Part shown: positions 10,730 through 21,201 of the stretch, in pieces
How positions within the stretch are numbered: the first letter of the stretch is position 1
How the letters are laid out: every line of letters begins with the position of its first letter
Notes under the pieces: model-generated
The model's input: only the letters and a program-made list of their open reading frames with translations
Databases searched by the model: none
What the model was told of the DNA's origin: nothing
Assembly: GCA_032718475.1 (NCBI GenBank)
Contig: JAUCBJ010003827.1
Coordinates: 1 to 43,357, forward strand
Direction of reading: 5' to 3'
Length of the DNA stretch: 43,357 bases
DNA from: Nemertoderma westbladi
Taxonomy: Eukaryota > Animalia > Xenacoelomorpha
Program-made: the position numbers and the translations under genes

Positions 10730-13700
10730 ACATCCTTTGGGTCTGTGTGCAAAGTATCTGACATCATTTGGGTCCGTGTGCAAAGTATCTGCCAACATTT
10801 GGGTCCGTGTGCAAAGTATCTGACATCTTTTGGGTCCGTGTGCAAAGTATATGACATCCTTTGGGTCCGTGTGCAAAGTATCTGCCAACATTTGGGTCCG
10901 TGTGCAAAGTATCTGACATCTTTTGGGTCCGTGTGCAAAGTATATGACATCCTTTGGGTCCGTGTGCAAAGTATATGACATCCTTTGGGTCCGTGTGCAA
11001 AGTATCTGACATCCTTTGGGTCCGTGTGCAAAGTATCTGACATCCTTTGGGTCCGTGTGCAAAGTATCTGCCAACATTTGGGTCCGTGTGCAAAGTATCT
11101 GACATCCTTTGGGTCCGTGTGCAAAGTATCTGACATCCTTTGGGTCCGTGTGCAAAGTATCTGACATCCTTTGGGTCCGTGTGCAAAGTATATGACATCC
11201 TTTGGGTCCGTGTGCAAAGTATCTGACATCCTTTGGGTCCGTGTGCAAAGTATCTGACATCCTTTGGGTCCGTGTGCAAAGTATCTGCCAACATTTGGGT
11301 CCGTGTGCAAAGTATCTGACATCTTTTGGGTCCGTGTGCAAAGTATATGACATCCTTTGGGTCCGTGTGCAAAGTATCTGCCAACATTTGGGTCCGTGTG
11401 CAAAGTATCTGACATCTTTTGGGTCCGTGTGCAAAGTATATGACATCCTTTGGGTCCGTGTGCAAAGTATCTGACATCCTTTGGGTCCGTGTGCAAAGTA
11501 TATGACATCCTTTGGGTCCGTGTGCAAAGTATCTGACATCTTTGGGTCCGTGTGCAAAGTATCTGACATCATTTGGGTCCGTGTGCAAAGTATCTGACAT
11601 CCTTTGGGTCCGTGTGCAAAGTATCTGACATCCTTTGGGTCCGTGTGCAAAGTATCTGACATCCTTTGGGTCCGTGTGCAAAGTATATGACATCCTTTGG
11701 GTCCGTGTGCAAAGTATCTGACATCCTTTGGGTCCGTGTGCAAAGTATCTGACATCCTTTGGGTCCGTGTGCAAAGTATCTGACATCCTTTGGGTCCGTG
11801 TGCAAAGTATATGACATCCTTTGGGTCCGTGTGCAAAGTATCTGCCAACATTTGGGTCCGTGTGCAAAGTATCTGACATCTTTTGGGTCCGTGTGCAAAG
11901 TATATGACATCCTTTGGGTCCGTGTGCAAAGTATCTGACATCCTTTGGGTCCGTGTGCAAAGTATATGACATCCTTTGGGTCCGTGTGCAAAGTATCTGA
12001 CATCCTTTGGGTCCGTGTGCAAAGTATCTGCCAACATTTGGGTCCGTGTGCAAAGTATCTGACATCCTTTGGGTCCGTGTGCAAAGTATCTGCCATCATT
12101 TGGGTCCGTGTGCAAAGTATCTGCCAACATTTGGGTCCGTGTGCAAAGTATCTGACATCCTTTGGGTCCGTGTGCAAAGTATATGACATCCTTTGGGTCC
12201 GTGTGCAAAGTATCTGACATCCTTTGGGTCCGTGTGCAAAGTATATGACATCCTTTGGGTCCGTGTGCAAAGTATCTGCCAACATTTGGGTCCGTGTGCA
12301 AAGTATCTGACATCTTTTGGGTCCGTGTGCAAAGTATATGACATCCTTTGGGTCCGTGTGCAAAGTATCTGCCAACATTTGGGTCCGTGTGCAAAGTATC
12401 TGACATCTTTTGGGTCCGTGTGCAAAGTATATGACATCCTTTGGGTCCGTGTGCAAAGTATATGACATCCTTTGGGTCCGTGTGCAAAGTATCTGCCAAC
12501 ATTTGGGTCCGTGTGCAAAGTATCTGACATCTTTTGGGTCCGTGTGCAAAGTATATGACATCCTTTGGGTCCGTGTGCAAAGTATCTGCCAACATTTGGG
12601 TCCGTGTGCAAAGTATCTGACATCTTTTGGGTCCGTGTGCAAAGTATATGACATCCTTTGGGTCCGTGTGCAAAGTATCTGACATCTTTTGGGTCCGTGT
12701 GCAAAGTATATGACATCCTTTGGGTCCGTGTGCAAAGTATCTGCCAACATTTGGGTCCGTGTGCAAAGTATCTGACATCTTTTGGGTCCGTGTGCAAAGT
12801 ATATGACATCCTTTGGGTCCGTGTGCAAAGTATCTGCCAATATTTGGGTCCGTGTGCAAAGTATCTGACATCTTTTGGGTCCGTGTGCAAAGTATATGAC
12901 AACCTTTGGGTCCGTGTGCAAAGTATCTGCCAACATTTGGGTCCGTGTGCAAAGTATCTGACATCTTTTGGGTCCGTGTGCATAGTATATGACATCCTTT
13001 GGGTCCGTGTGCAAAGTATATGACATCCTTTGGGTCCGTGTGCAAAGTATCTGACATCCTTTGGGTCCGTGTGCAAAGTATCTGCCAACATTTGGGTCCG
13101 TGTGCAAAGTATCTGCCAACATTTGGGTCCGTGTGCAAAGTATCTGACATCCTTTGGGTCCGTGTGCAAAGTATATGACATCCTTTGGGTCCGTGTGCAA
13201 AGTATATGACATCCTTTGGGTCCGTGTGCAAAGTATCTGAGATCCTTTGGGTCAGTGGGCAAAGTATCTGCCAACATTTGGGTTCGTGTGCAAAGTATCT
13301 GACATCTTTTGGGTCCGTGTGCAAAGTATATGACATCCTTTGGGTCCGTGTGCAAAGTATCTGACATCCTTTGGGTCCGTGTGCAAAGTATCTGACATCT
13401 TTTGGGTCCGTGTGCAAAGTATATGACATCCTTTGGGTCCGTGTGCAAAGTATCTGCCAACATTTGGGTCCGTGTGCAAAGTATCTGACATCTTTTGGGT
13501 CCGTGTGCAAAGTATCTGACATCCTTTGGGTCCGTGTGCAAAGTATCTGCCAATATTTGGGTCCGTGTGCAAAGTATCTGACATCATTTGGGTACGTGTG
13601 CAAAGTATATGACATCCTTTGGGTCCGTGTGCAAAGTATCTGCCAACATCTGGGTCCGTGTGCAAAGTATCTGACATCTTTTGGGTCCGTGTGCAAAGTA

Positions 13701-14101
13701 TATGACATCCTTTGGGTCCGAGTGCAAAGTATCTGACTTCCTTTGGGTCCGTGTGCAAAGTATCTGACATCCCTTGGGTCCGTATTCCAAGTATCTGCCA
13801 ACATTTGGGTCCGTGTGCGAAGTGTCTGACATATTTTGGGTCCGTGTGCAAAGTATATGACATCCTTTGGGTCCGTGTGCAAAGTATCTGCCAACATTTG
13901 GGTTCGTGTGCAAAGTATCTGACATCTTTTGGGTCCGTGTGCAAAGAATATGACATCCTTTGGGTCCGTGTGCAAAGTATCTGCCAATATTTGGGTCCGT
14001 GTGCAAAGTATCTGACATCTTTTGGGTCCGTGTGCAAAGTATATGACATCTTTTGGGTCCGTGTGCAAAAGTATATGACATCCTTTGGGTCCGTGTGCAA
14101 A
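10730..14101 (-). repeat. 31-bp tandem array, right arm (~109 units)
   Basis: Reverse complement of the left-arm unit. The inner part is highly homogeneous and begins just after a poly-G tract at ~10708-10728. Confidence 0.97.
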
Positions 14102-14566
14102 CATATTATTACCATCATTAACATTAGTAGGTGAATAGGGCAGGGTAGATGGTATACAAAGTAACCAATAAGAAATCACCATGGAAAAGTTAGTCAGAAT
14201 CAATCAGCTGATCCAAATTTATCCAAAAAATTAGGTTTTGGCTCTTTGTTGCTCAAGTGCTTTCCTTATATTTGCATAATTTTTCTCAGAATTAAATTTG
14301 ATTGCATTAATCTGTTAATTTAACACTGCGCAACATCTCCTGTGTCGGAGTGGGTTGGTGCCTCATTGCTTCATAGTGAAAGGGTCAATTTTTGGGTCCG
14401 TGTGGGTCTTTGTGCATTTTAGCATTGCCCTTTATTTATCGTTTACTGGTCAGCCAGTGGCGCGGTAGGCTGGTAGGCCTATTTCATACAACTGCAGAAC
14501 TGTCTGATTGTACAACCAGACAACAGCAACAGCACTGCCTGACTGCCTGACTTATCAGCTTATCTG

Positions 14567-14726
14567 CTTATAGTGTTAAATAATTGTTCAGATTAGAACA
14601 TGCACGAAATATAATACTTTATTAAAAATTTAACTCCGGCAATATTTTTACCGGAGCCGGAGCAGGACCGGAGGTGCCAAAATGGCCGGAGCCGGAGCCA
14701 GAGGCCGGAGCTCCGATCGAGCCCTA
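14567..14726 (+). mobile_element. Truncated right end of the hAT-type MITE family at 14843-15616
   Basis: Near-identical to 15463-15616 and ends CTCCGATCGAGCCCTA. No matching left end found. Confidence 0.75.
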
Positions 14727-14842
14727 GTTTTAATGCAGCCTTTTGTGTTCAAAAAACACAAAAAACGGTCCCAAGACCGCAAAATTTCAGAGGGAGAACT
14801 CAATAAAGTTGCAGATAGAGGCATACATACAGACATACATAG

Positions 14843-15616
14843 TAGGGCTCGATCGGAGTTGGGATTTCGCCGGACAGCCGGAGCCGGAGCCGGAGTTGGA
14901 CAATTTGGCCGGAGCCGGAGCCGGAGTTTTTCAAAAATTTTAAAAATTTAATTATTTATTTAAAAAAAAATAAATTATGGTTATCGTTCGCCAATCGCTT
15001 ATAATCAATCATACTGTAGGTCTAATTAATTTCATAATTTATAGATTTACGAATTTTCAATTTAAAATTTAAGTAATTAATTTATCACGGACAGACAGAC
15101 AGACGGCCTGACGCTGACGGCTAAAAATTACCTACAGTACCTAACTCACTAGCCTAACTGTCTAACTGTGGTAGAGGTGTGTACTGTAGGTAGCCTACCG
15201 TACGTGTACCAGTACTGCAGTGCAGTACAGCAGTATGCTGGCATGACAGCAGTAAATGGCTGCAGTGGTACAGTGTACAATCATAGCATTTACAATTTTT
15301 TACAGTAGGGCCTATCTGTAATATGTAATAGTCTGCTAGTCAGCCAGTCAGCCAGCTGGCCAGTACCAGTACTGCAGTACAGTCAGTCAGTCATTGACTT
15401 TAAGTAAATACTGCAGTATTATGGTCGATATTGAAGCTGTAGGCTACTACCTGACTACAGTACTTATAGTGTAAATAATTGTTCAGATTAGAATATGCAC
15501 GAAATATAATATTTCATTAAAAAATTAACTCCGGCAATATTTTTACCGGAGCCGGAGCAGGAGCCGGAGGTGCCAAAATGGCCGGAGCCGGAGGCCGGAG
15601 CTCCGATCGAGCCCTA
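14843..15616. mobile_element. hAT-type MITE (774 bp)
   Basis: TIR TAGGGCTCGATCGGAG / CTCCGATCGAGCCCTA, subterminal GCCGGA repeats, 8-bp TSD ATACATAG (14835-14842, 15617-15624). Confidence 0.9.
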
Positions 15617-16088
15617 ATACATAGCCTACATAATGTAGCATACAGTCTATCTTTCCAGTATATGGGCTACTTTAAGACTATGACCTAAATTTTGAGTCTC
15701 AGTTATAGGAGTTTTATCTACCCACTGCATAGTATTGCATTATACCGTCGGGCACATTGTCAATATTGACATGTAGAGCTAGTTTCTCCAGGATGGGGCA
15801 TGTCAAAATTGACATGGACATGTCAATATTGACATTTTTTTACCTGACGTGTTCAAATATTTCCAGACGTGTTTTTTAAATATAAAAATCGAAATTATAA
15901 GTAAATTAGAAACTTTTGACCGTGCGGAAATTTTTTTCACCGTGCCGTTTAGTTAATATAAATACGTAAAGTTTTTCTCATGTTAAAATTGACATACATG
16001 TCAAAATTGACATGTAATGATGAGAACATAAGTGTGGGGTTAGGCTGTAGGCCACGCCACCCTACTGCCCTATAGACTATACTATAAC

Positions 16089-16160
16089 TAGGGCTCAACA
16101 GAAGCTTCGGCTTCGGTTCGGGCCGAAGTTTGGCAATTTCGGTTCGGTTCGGCTTCTGCA
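16089..16160 (+). mobile_element. Left-end fragment of another hAT-like MITE
   Basis: TAGGGCTCAACAGAAGC followed by TTCGG subterminal repeats. No right end identified. Confidence 0.4.
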
Positions 16161-16199
16161 ATTGATACTGCAGAAGCCCGGAGCAAACTTTGCTAAATA

Positions 16200-16705
16200 C
16201 AGTCGGGGAGAAGTTCAAATTTCAACTGAGTTGTAATTTAAAACATTTTTTTTTAAATTCAACTTTTAAGTTGTAAATTCAACTCTAAAATGGCAGGTGG
16301 CGCAGAAGGCTACCAAGACGTGACAGAAGGGGTGTTTTCATTGTTTTTATGGATGTAACTCGAAAAATTAACCCTCTTTACCGATGGAATAAAAACTTTC
16401 ACCGTCGGGAATACTTTTTTTAATAACATTTTAAGTGATTACATTTGCAAATTAGCTGAAATACTACGGGAATTGATTAGATGTATTAAATTACCACTGA
16501 ATGCCATAATTATTATACAATGGAATACCAGTAATGGATTCCAATTCCATATTTCAGTATTTCCATAGCTACTCCAAAAGTTGAATTTTAAAAAAAAGTT
16601 GAATTTTAAACTCTACTCCAAAAGTTGAATTTTAATAAAAAGTTGAATTTTAAAAAATAAAGTTGAAATTGCAACTCAGTTGAAAATAGAACTTCTCCCC
16701 GACTG
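16200..16705. mobile_element. MITE with 5-bp TSD (506 bp), nested
   Basis: TIR CAGTCGGGGAGAAGTTC / GAACTTCTCCCCGACTG, extending imperfectly to ~40 bp. TSD AAATA (16195-16199, 16706-16710). Confidence 0.88.
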
Positions 16706-16818
16706 AAATATTCCAAGTATTACATTGACTGATTGAGCTAAGACCAGAAGACAGTAAGACTAATCAATCTGTCCATCGTTCATCGTTGTACAAATTAATT
16801 TTGGGGTGTAAACGTTAA

Positions 16819-17718
16819 GCAGACACTGGCAGACTGGTGCAGAGCAGACAGTCAGACAGTCTGACAGTGGTACAGACAGTGGTGCAGGGCAGACAGTGAT
16901 GCAGACACCTGGTGCAGACAGTGGTGCCGACACTTGTGCAGACAGTGGTGCAGACAGTGGTGCAGACAGTGGTGCAGACACTGGTGCAGACATTGGTGCA
17001 GACATTGGTGCGGACACTGGTGCAGACAGTGGTGCGGACACTGGTGCAGACACTGGTGCAGACTCTGGTGCAGACACTGGTGCAGACAGTGGTGCAGACA
17101 GTGATGCAGACAGTGATGCAGACACCTGGTGCAGACACTGGTGCAGACACTGGTGCAGACATTGGTGCAGACATTGGTGCAGACAGTGGTGCAGACAGTG
17201 GTGCAGACAGTGGTGCAGACAGTGGTGCAGACATTGGTGCGGACACTGGTGCAGACAGTGGTGCAGACACCTGGTGCAGACAGTGGTGCAGACAGTGGTG
17301 CAGACAGTGGTGCAGACACTGGTGCAGACAATGGTGCGGACAGTGGTGCGGACACTGGTGTAGACAATGGTGCGGACAGTGGTGCGGACACTGGTGTAGA
17401 CAATGGTGCAGACAGTGGTGCAGACACCTGGTGCAGACAGTGGTGCAGACAGTGGTGCAGACAGTGGTGCAGACAGTGGTGCAGACAGTGATGCAGACAG
17501 TGATGCAGACACCTGGCTGCCTGGTGCAGACACTGGTGCAGTGCAGACAGTGGTGCAGACACTGGTGCAGACATTGGTGCAGACAGTGGTGGAGACACTG
17601 GTGCAGACAGTGGTGGAGACACTGGTGCAGACAGTGGTGCGGACACTGGTGCAGACAGTGGTGCAGACACCTGGTGCAGACAGTGGTGCAGACACTGGTG
17701 CAGACAGTGGTGCAGACA
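16819..17718 (+). repeat. 12-bp minisatellite (GCAGACAGTGGT)n
   Basis: Visible array with variants ACTGGT, ATTGGT, AGTGAT and 13-bp CACCTGGT units. Confidence 0.95.
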
Positions 17719-17719
17719 C

Positions 17720-18470
17720 ATGCATTATGCTGCATGAAGGCCTTTTAGCAGTTTCAACAGCCCTTTTCAGCATTTATCATGCTGCACGAAGGCATCTGAA
17801 CAGTTTCAACAGCTATTTTCAGCATTCTTTTTTAGCATTTATGCTGCATGAAGGACTTTGAACAGTTTTATAACTTTCAACAGCAATTTTCAGCTTTTCT
17901 CATGTTGCACGAAGCCATCTGAACAATTTCAACTGTTATTTTCAACATTTATCATGCTGCATGAAGAACTCTGTGAACAGTTTTATCAACTCTTTTCAGT
18001 AGCCTATTTCACATTCTGTGCGAAGGCCTGAAAGTTTCAAAACTTATTTTCAGTCTTTCTCAAGCTGCTCGAAGACCTCTGAACAGTTTCAACAGCTCTT
18101 TTCAGCATTTATCATGCTGCACAAAGCTCTGAATAGTTTCATTTCAAAATCTTTTTTCAGCATTTATCATCACTGCACAAAGGTCTCTGAGCAGCTTTGA
18201 GAGATCTTTTATGTATTTTTCAAACTGTGCGAAGGCCCCTGGGCAGTTTTATCAGTTCTTTTCAGTTTTTCTCATGATACATGATACCCTCTGAACAATT
18301 TCAACTGCACTTTTCAGCATTTATCATGCTGCACAAAGGACTCTGAACAGTTTTAGTAGCTCTTTTTTTTAGTATTTAACATGCTGCGCGAAGGCCTGAA
18401 TAGTTTCAAAAGCTCTTTTCAGTATTTAAAATGCAGCAAGAATGTCTCTAACTAAAGCGTTTTGACAGCT
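17720..18470 (+). repeat. Degenerate ~50-55-bp tandem repeat
   Basis: Recurring CAGCATTTATCATGCTGCACGAAGG..CTGAACAGTTTCAACAGCTCTTTT, e.g. at ~17769, ~17943, ~18102, ~18315. Confidence 0.75.
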
Positions 18471-19059
18471 CGTTTCAGTATTTGTGATGCTACTTGACTG
18501 CTTGAAGGCCTCTAAATAGATTTGGTGGGGTTGAAATGAACATAAGAACCCAGCGTTCATGTCAATATTGACATTAGATGTCAATATTGACATGCAATAA
18601 AACATATCATTAAAATTATTACAAACAACAATATACATTCATTGGTTGGATTCAACAATATTTTAATTAAAATAGATATTCTCTTTACAAAAAAACATTT
18701 TCTACTTTTCAAATCACAATATTTAAAAAATTTATGATCAAAACATGTCAATATTGACATCATGTCAATTTTGACATGGAACATGTCAATATTGACAACA
18801 TGTCAATATTGACAAAGTGCCCGACTGTTATAGGCCTATTGTATTATACGAACTGTAGCCTATTTGTACTTGTTAGCCAGTCAAATCTACATAAATCAAA
18901 GTTCTGTCAATCATTTCATACTGACCACAGAACCAAGGCCGCTAGTGATTGACACTGCAGCACTGTAGCGGCGCATATTTCGGTCCCGTTGCATTTGCTT
19001 ACAATTAATTATATTTATATAAAAGTGTAGTGAAGTGTAGACTACACTGGCAGACTGGT

Positions 19060-20406
19060 ATACACGTTTTGTATGCGTTTCTCACTCGTTTGTACTCTTT
19101 TGTACTATTTTTGCACTCCTTTGTACTATTTTTGCACTTTATTGTACTCTTTTGTACCATTTTGTACTTTTTTGTACAGATTCGTCGGACCGCCGTCACC
19201 GTGTATGCTGATATGCAGTAAATGCAGTACCTGTTTGCTGTTTGAGAGTTTACGTACAGACAGTCCAGCAGTCTGACAGTAGGACAATACCGGTCTGCCG
19301 GTACGCGGTACCCAGGTACCGGTGTACCTAAGTTGGAGAAGTTAGTAAGTTACAATACTGTTTACTATACCTAACAGCCTAACTAACCTCTGTCTGTCTG
19401 TACAGTCTGACAGTAGTACCAACATGACAGTTTGCATGCAAGGCCAATTTACATACCCGGTCTGGCTCCGGGCTGCCGGGCACAATCTTCCTTACCCGAC
19501 TGCCCGGCTCCGGTCCAGTCTGCCAGTACCCGGAAAAATTCGTGACCTGGTTGAACAATAGTATGGATGCCGTGATTATTCATATACCGATACCGTACCG
19601 GTAATAAAAAATTAATCAATTTTTAATAATAGTTTTTTTTAGTTCATTCTTAATTGTGTAATTTATTATTATATAGTTATAGGCATTTGTGTGAATTGAA
19701 TTGTTTTTCAGCTTGGCACTTGGTGTGCGTGTTTTTTCAGTCCATGCGCGGTATATCTGTATATTGTCAGATATTGCGCGGCTGAAAAATTGTGCGCGGT
19801 TCAGTGGTGGTCCAGTGGTGGTCATAATGTGCTGGTAATGTGCATTCTATGTATGCGAATCAGGTCTCATCTAGGATCTTATATTGTTTTTCTATCGTTA
19901 TTACTATAGGCCTATTAGGCCTAATACTATTATGTTAATATACAAACTTTGAAATAATTAGATTTCTTAATCATAGAATCAAGGGCATAGACTGATAGAG
20001 GAATTGCTTTTGAAAGAACAATACTTTTAATGGGAATGGTGTGTTTTAAAACTGGTTTGGGGGCGGTAGCACTCTAACTAAATAGGTGGGGATTTGGGCA
20101 GTTGGGATCAGCTTATTTAAATCAAAATTATAAGTTTAACGTTCTAAGTATTTTGTTCTGTTATTATAGGACTGTAGGAAGCCGGTAATTTTACCAAATT
20201 TCTAATTGGTTTCCTCTAGGAAGCGGTAAATTGATCAAAAATACAAAAATTGTATAAGTGGTTTGTCAAGGGGGGTCCGACAAATCTGTACCAAAAAATA
20301 CAAAATAGTACAATATAGTGTAAAAGAGTACAATAAAGTGCAAAAATAGTACAAAAGAGTGCAAAAATAGTACAAACGAGTGAGAAACGCTTGCAAAATT
20401 GTACAC
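19060..20406. repeat. Pair of ~135-bp inverted repeats (19060-19194 and 20270-20406)
   Basis: GCGTTTCTCACTCGTTTGTACT...TTTGTACAGATTCGTCGGACC matches the reverse complement GGTCCGACAAATCTGTAC...AGTACAAACGAGTGAGAAACGC. Confidence 0.75.
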
Positions 20407-20637
20407 AAGTGTAGGCCTAGTTCAATCAATTCGTGTAGAGGGGTGCACATGACTGCATGATGTGCAAAATTTATGAATTCCCACTAAGACTGTAAGAACA
20501 AAGAAGGTTAACCTGTTAACTAACGTTACTACTACCTGACTACAGTACAGCAGTTGCAGTACTATGCACTAAACTCGCTGTTGCTTTAGAAAGCTCTCCA
20601 CCATATTTGGTCTTACTTGAAAAACAGTCAGACAGTT

Positions 20638-20822
20638 GTTGCCATGAAAACAAACCGTGGCTAAGCTAAACTCGTCATTGCTATACCAACTGACCAAAAT
20701 GCCGTTGCTAAGGATAACTTCTGAACTTAGAGTTAACATCTATTGATATTTGTAAAAATTCACCGAGATTTGTAGTAAAAACGACATTTTGAAGACGAAT
20801 TTCGAACAGTTGCCATGGTAAC
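20638..20822. promoter_or_regulatory. Cluster of RFX X-box-like motifs
   Basis: GTTGCCATGAAAAC (20638-20651), GTTGCTAAGGATAAC (20704-20718) and GTTGCCATGGTAAC (20809-20822), versus consensus GTTGCCATGGCAAC. Function not shown. Confidence 0.35.
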
Positions 20823-20944
20823 TGGATTCTAAAATCTACCGATACCTCAACGGATTCTCTGATGGCGGTTTATGGGGGGTAGATCAAGGTTAAAACTCTG
20901 TAGGGTCAATAAAAATGGTGACCTTCTGTTGCTGTCATTTTGTG

Positions 20945-21014
20945 ATGACGTCATTGACTAGGCCTAAGCTAATATTCTATTTCCTTATTTCAGACTTCAG
21001 TGGGTTTATGTAAT
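20945..21014 (+). promoter_or_regulatory. CRE palindrome, putative splice acceptor and D-box upstream of the NFIL3 CDS
   Basis: ATGACGTCAT (20945-20954); pyrimidine tract TTCTATTTCCTTATTTCAG ending 20993; TTATGTAA (21006-21013), the PAR-bZIP/NFIL3 core site. Confidence 0.4.
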
Positions 21015-21201
21015 TATCGTTTTAAAACTCTTAACCATTACAGTATTATACCAGAACTGCAGTTGCATCATACAGACAGACGTGTCGTATAAGTACTGAT
21101 TAAGTTTACCCTAGTCCCTAGTCGCAACCCTTGCTGTATGTATTATATGACACCATGTGAATTCGAAAGTAACGTTGAGTTATTAGTTCGTCGATTTACT
21201 C

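Larger units (their letters stand above)
8118..14430. mobile_element. Foldback (FB)-like, probably Mutator-superfamily, non-autonomous element (6313 bp)
   Basis: Termini GGGCAGTGCTAAAAT / ATTTTAGCATTGCCC. ~320-bp unique inverted segments (8118-8436, 14101-14430) are followed by inverted 31-bp arrays. Perfect 9-bp TSD TTTATTTAT (8109-8117, 14431-14439). The ~490-bp loop has no transposase. Confidence 0.9.
15745..18827. mobile_element. Non-autonomous TIR element with 5-bp TSD (outer host of a nest)
   Basis: Ends CCGTCGGGCACATTGTCAATATTGACA / TGTCAATATTGACAAAGTGCCCGACTG. TSD TTATA (15740-15744, 18828-18832). Repeated subterminal palindrome TGTCAATATTGACA. Confidence 0.8.

Noticed and set aside
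8437-14101. CRISPR array (constant 20 nt plus variable 11 nt)
   Set aside because: The variable part has only four recurring related variants rather than unique spacers. There are no cas genes, the context is eukaryotic, and the arrays are transposon arms.
8335-14203. Long repeat-protein ORFs up to 1186 aa (HTDPKDVRYFAHGPK...)
   Set aside because: A stop-free 31-bp unit gives the same 31-aa cycle in all three frames, mirrored in both arms, and indels switch frames freely.
16760-17861. Cys/His-rich or SAPL-repeat ORFs on both strands
   Set aside because: These are translations of a 12-bp minisatellite open in nearly all frames.
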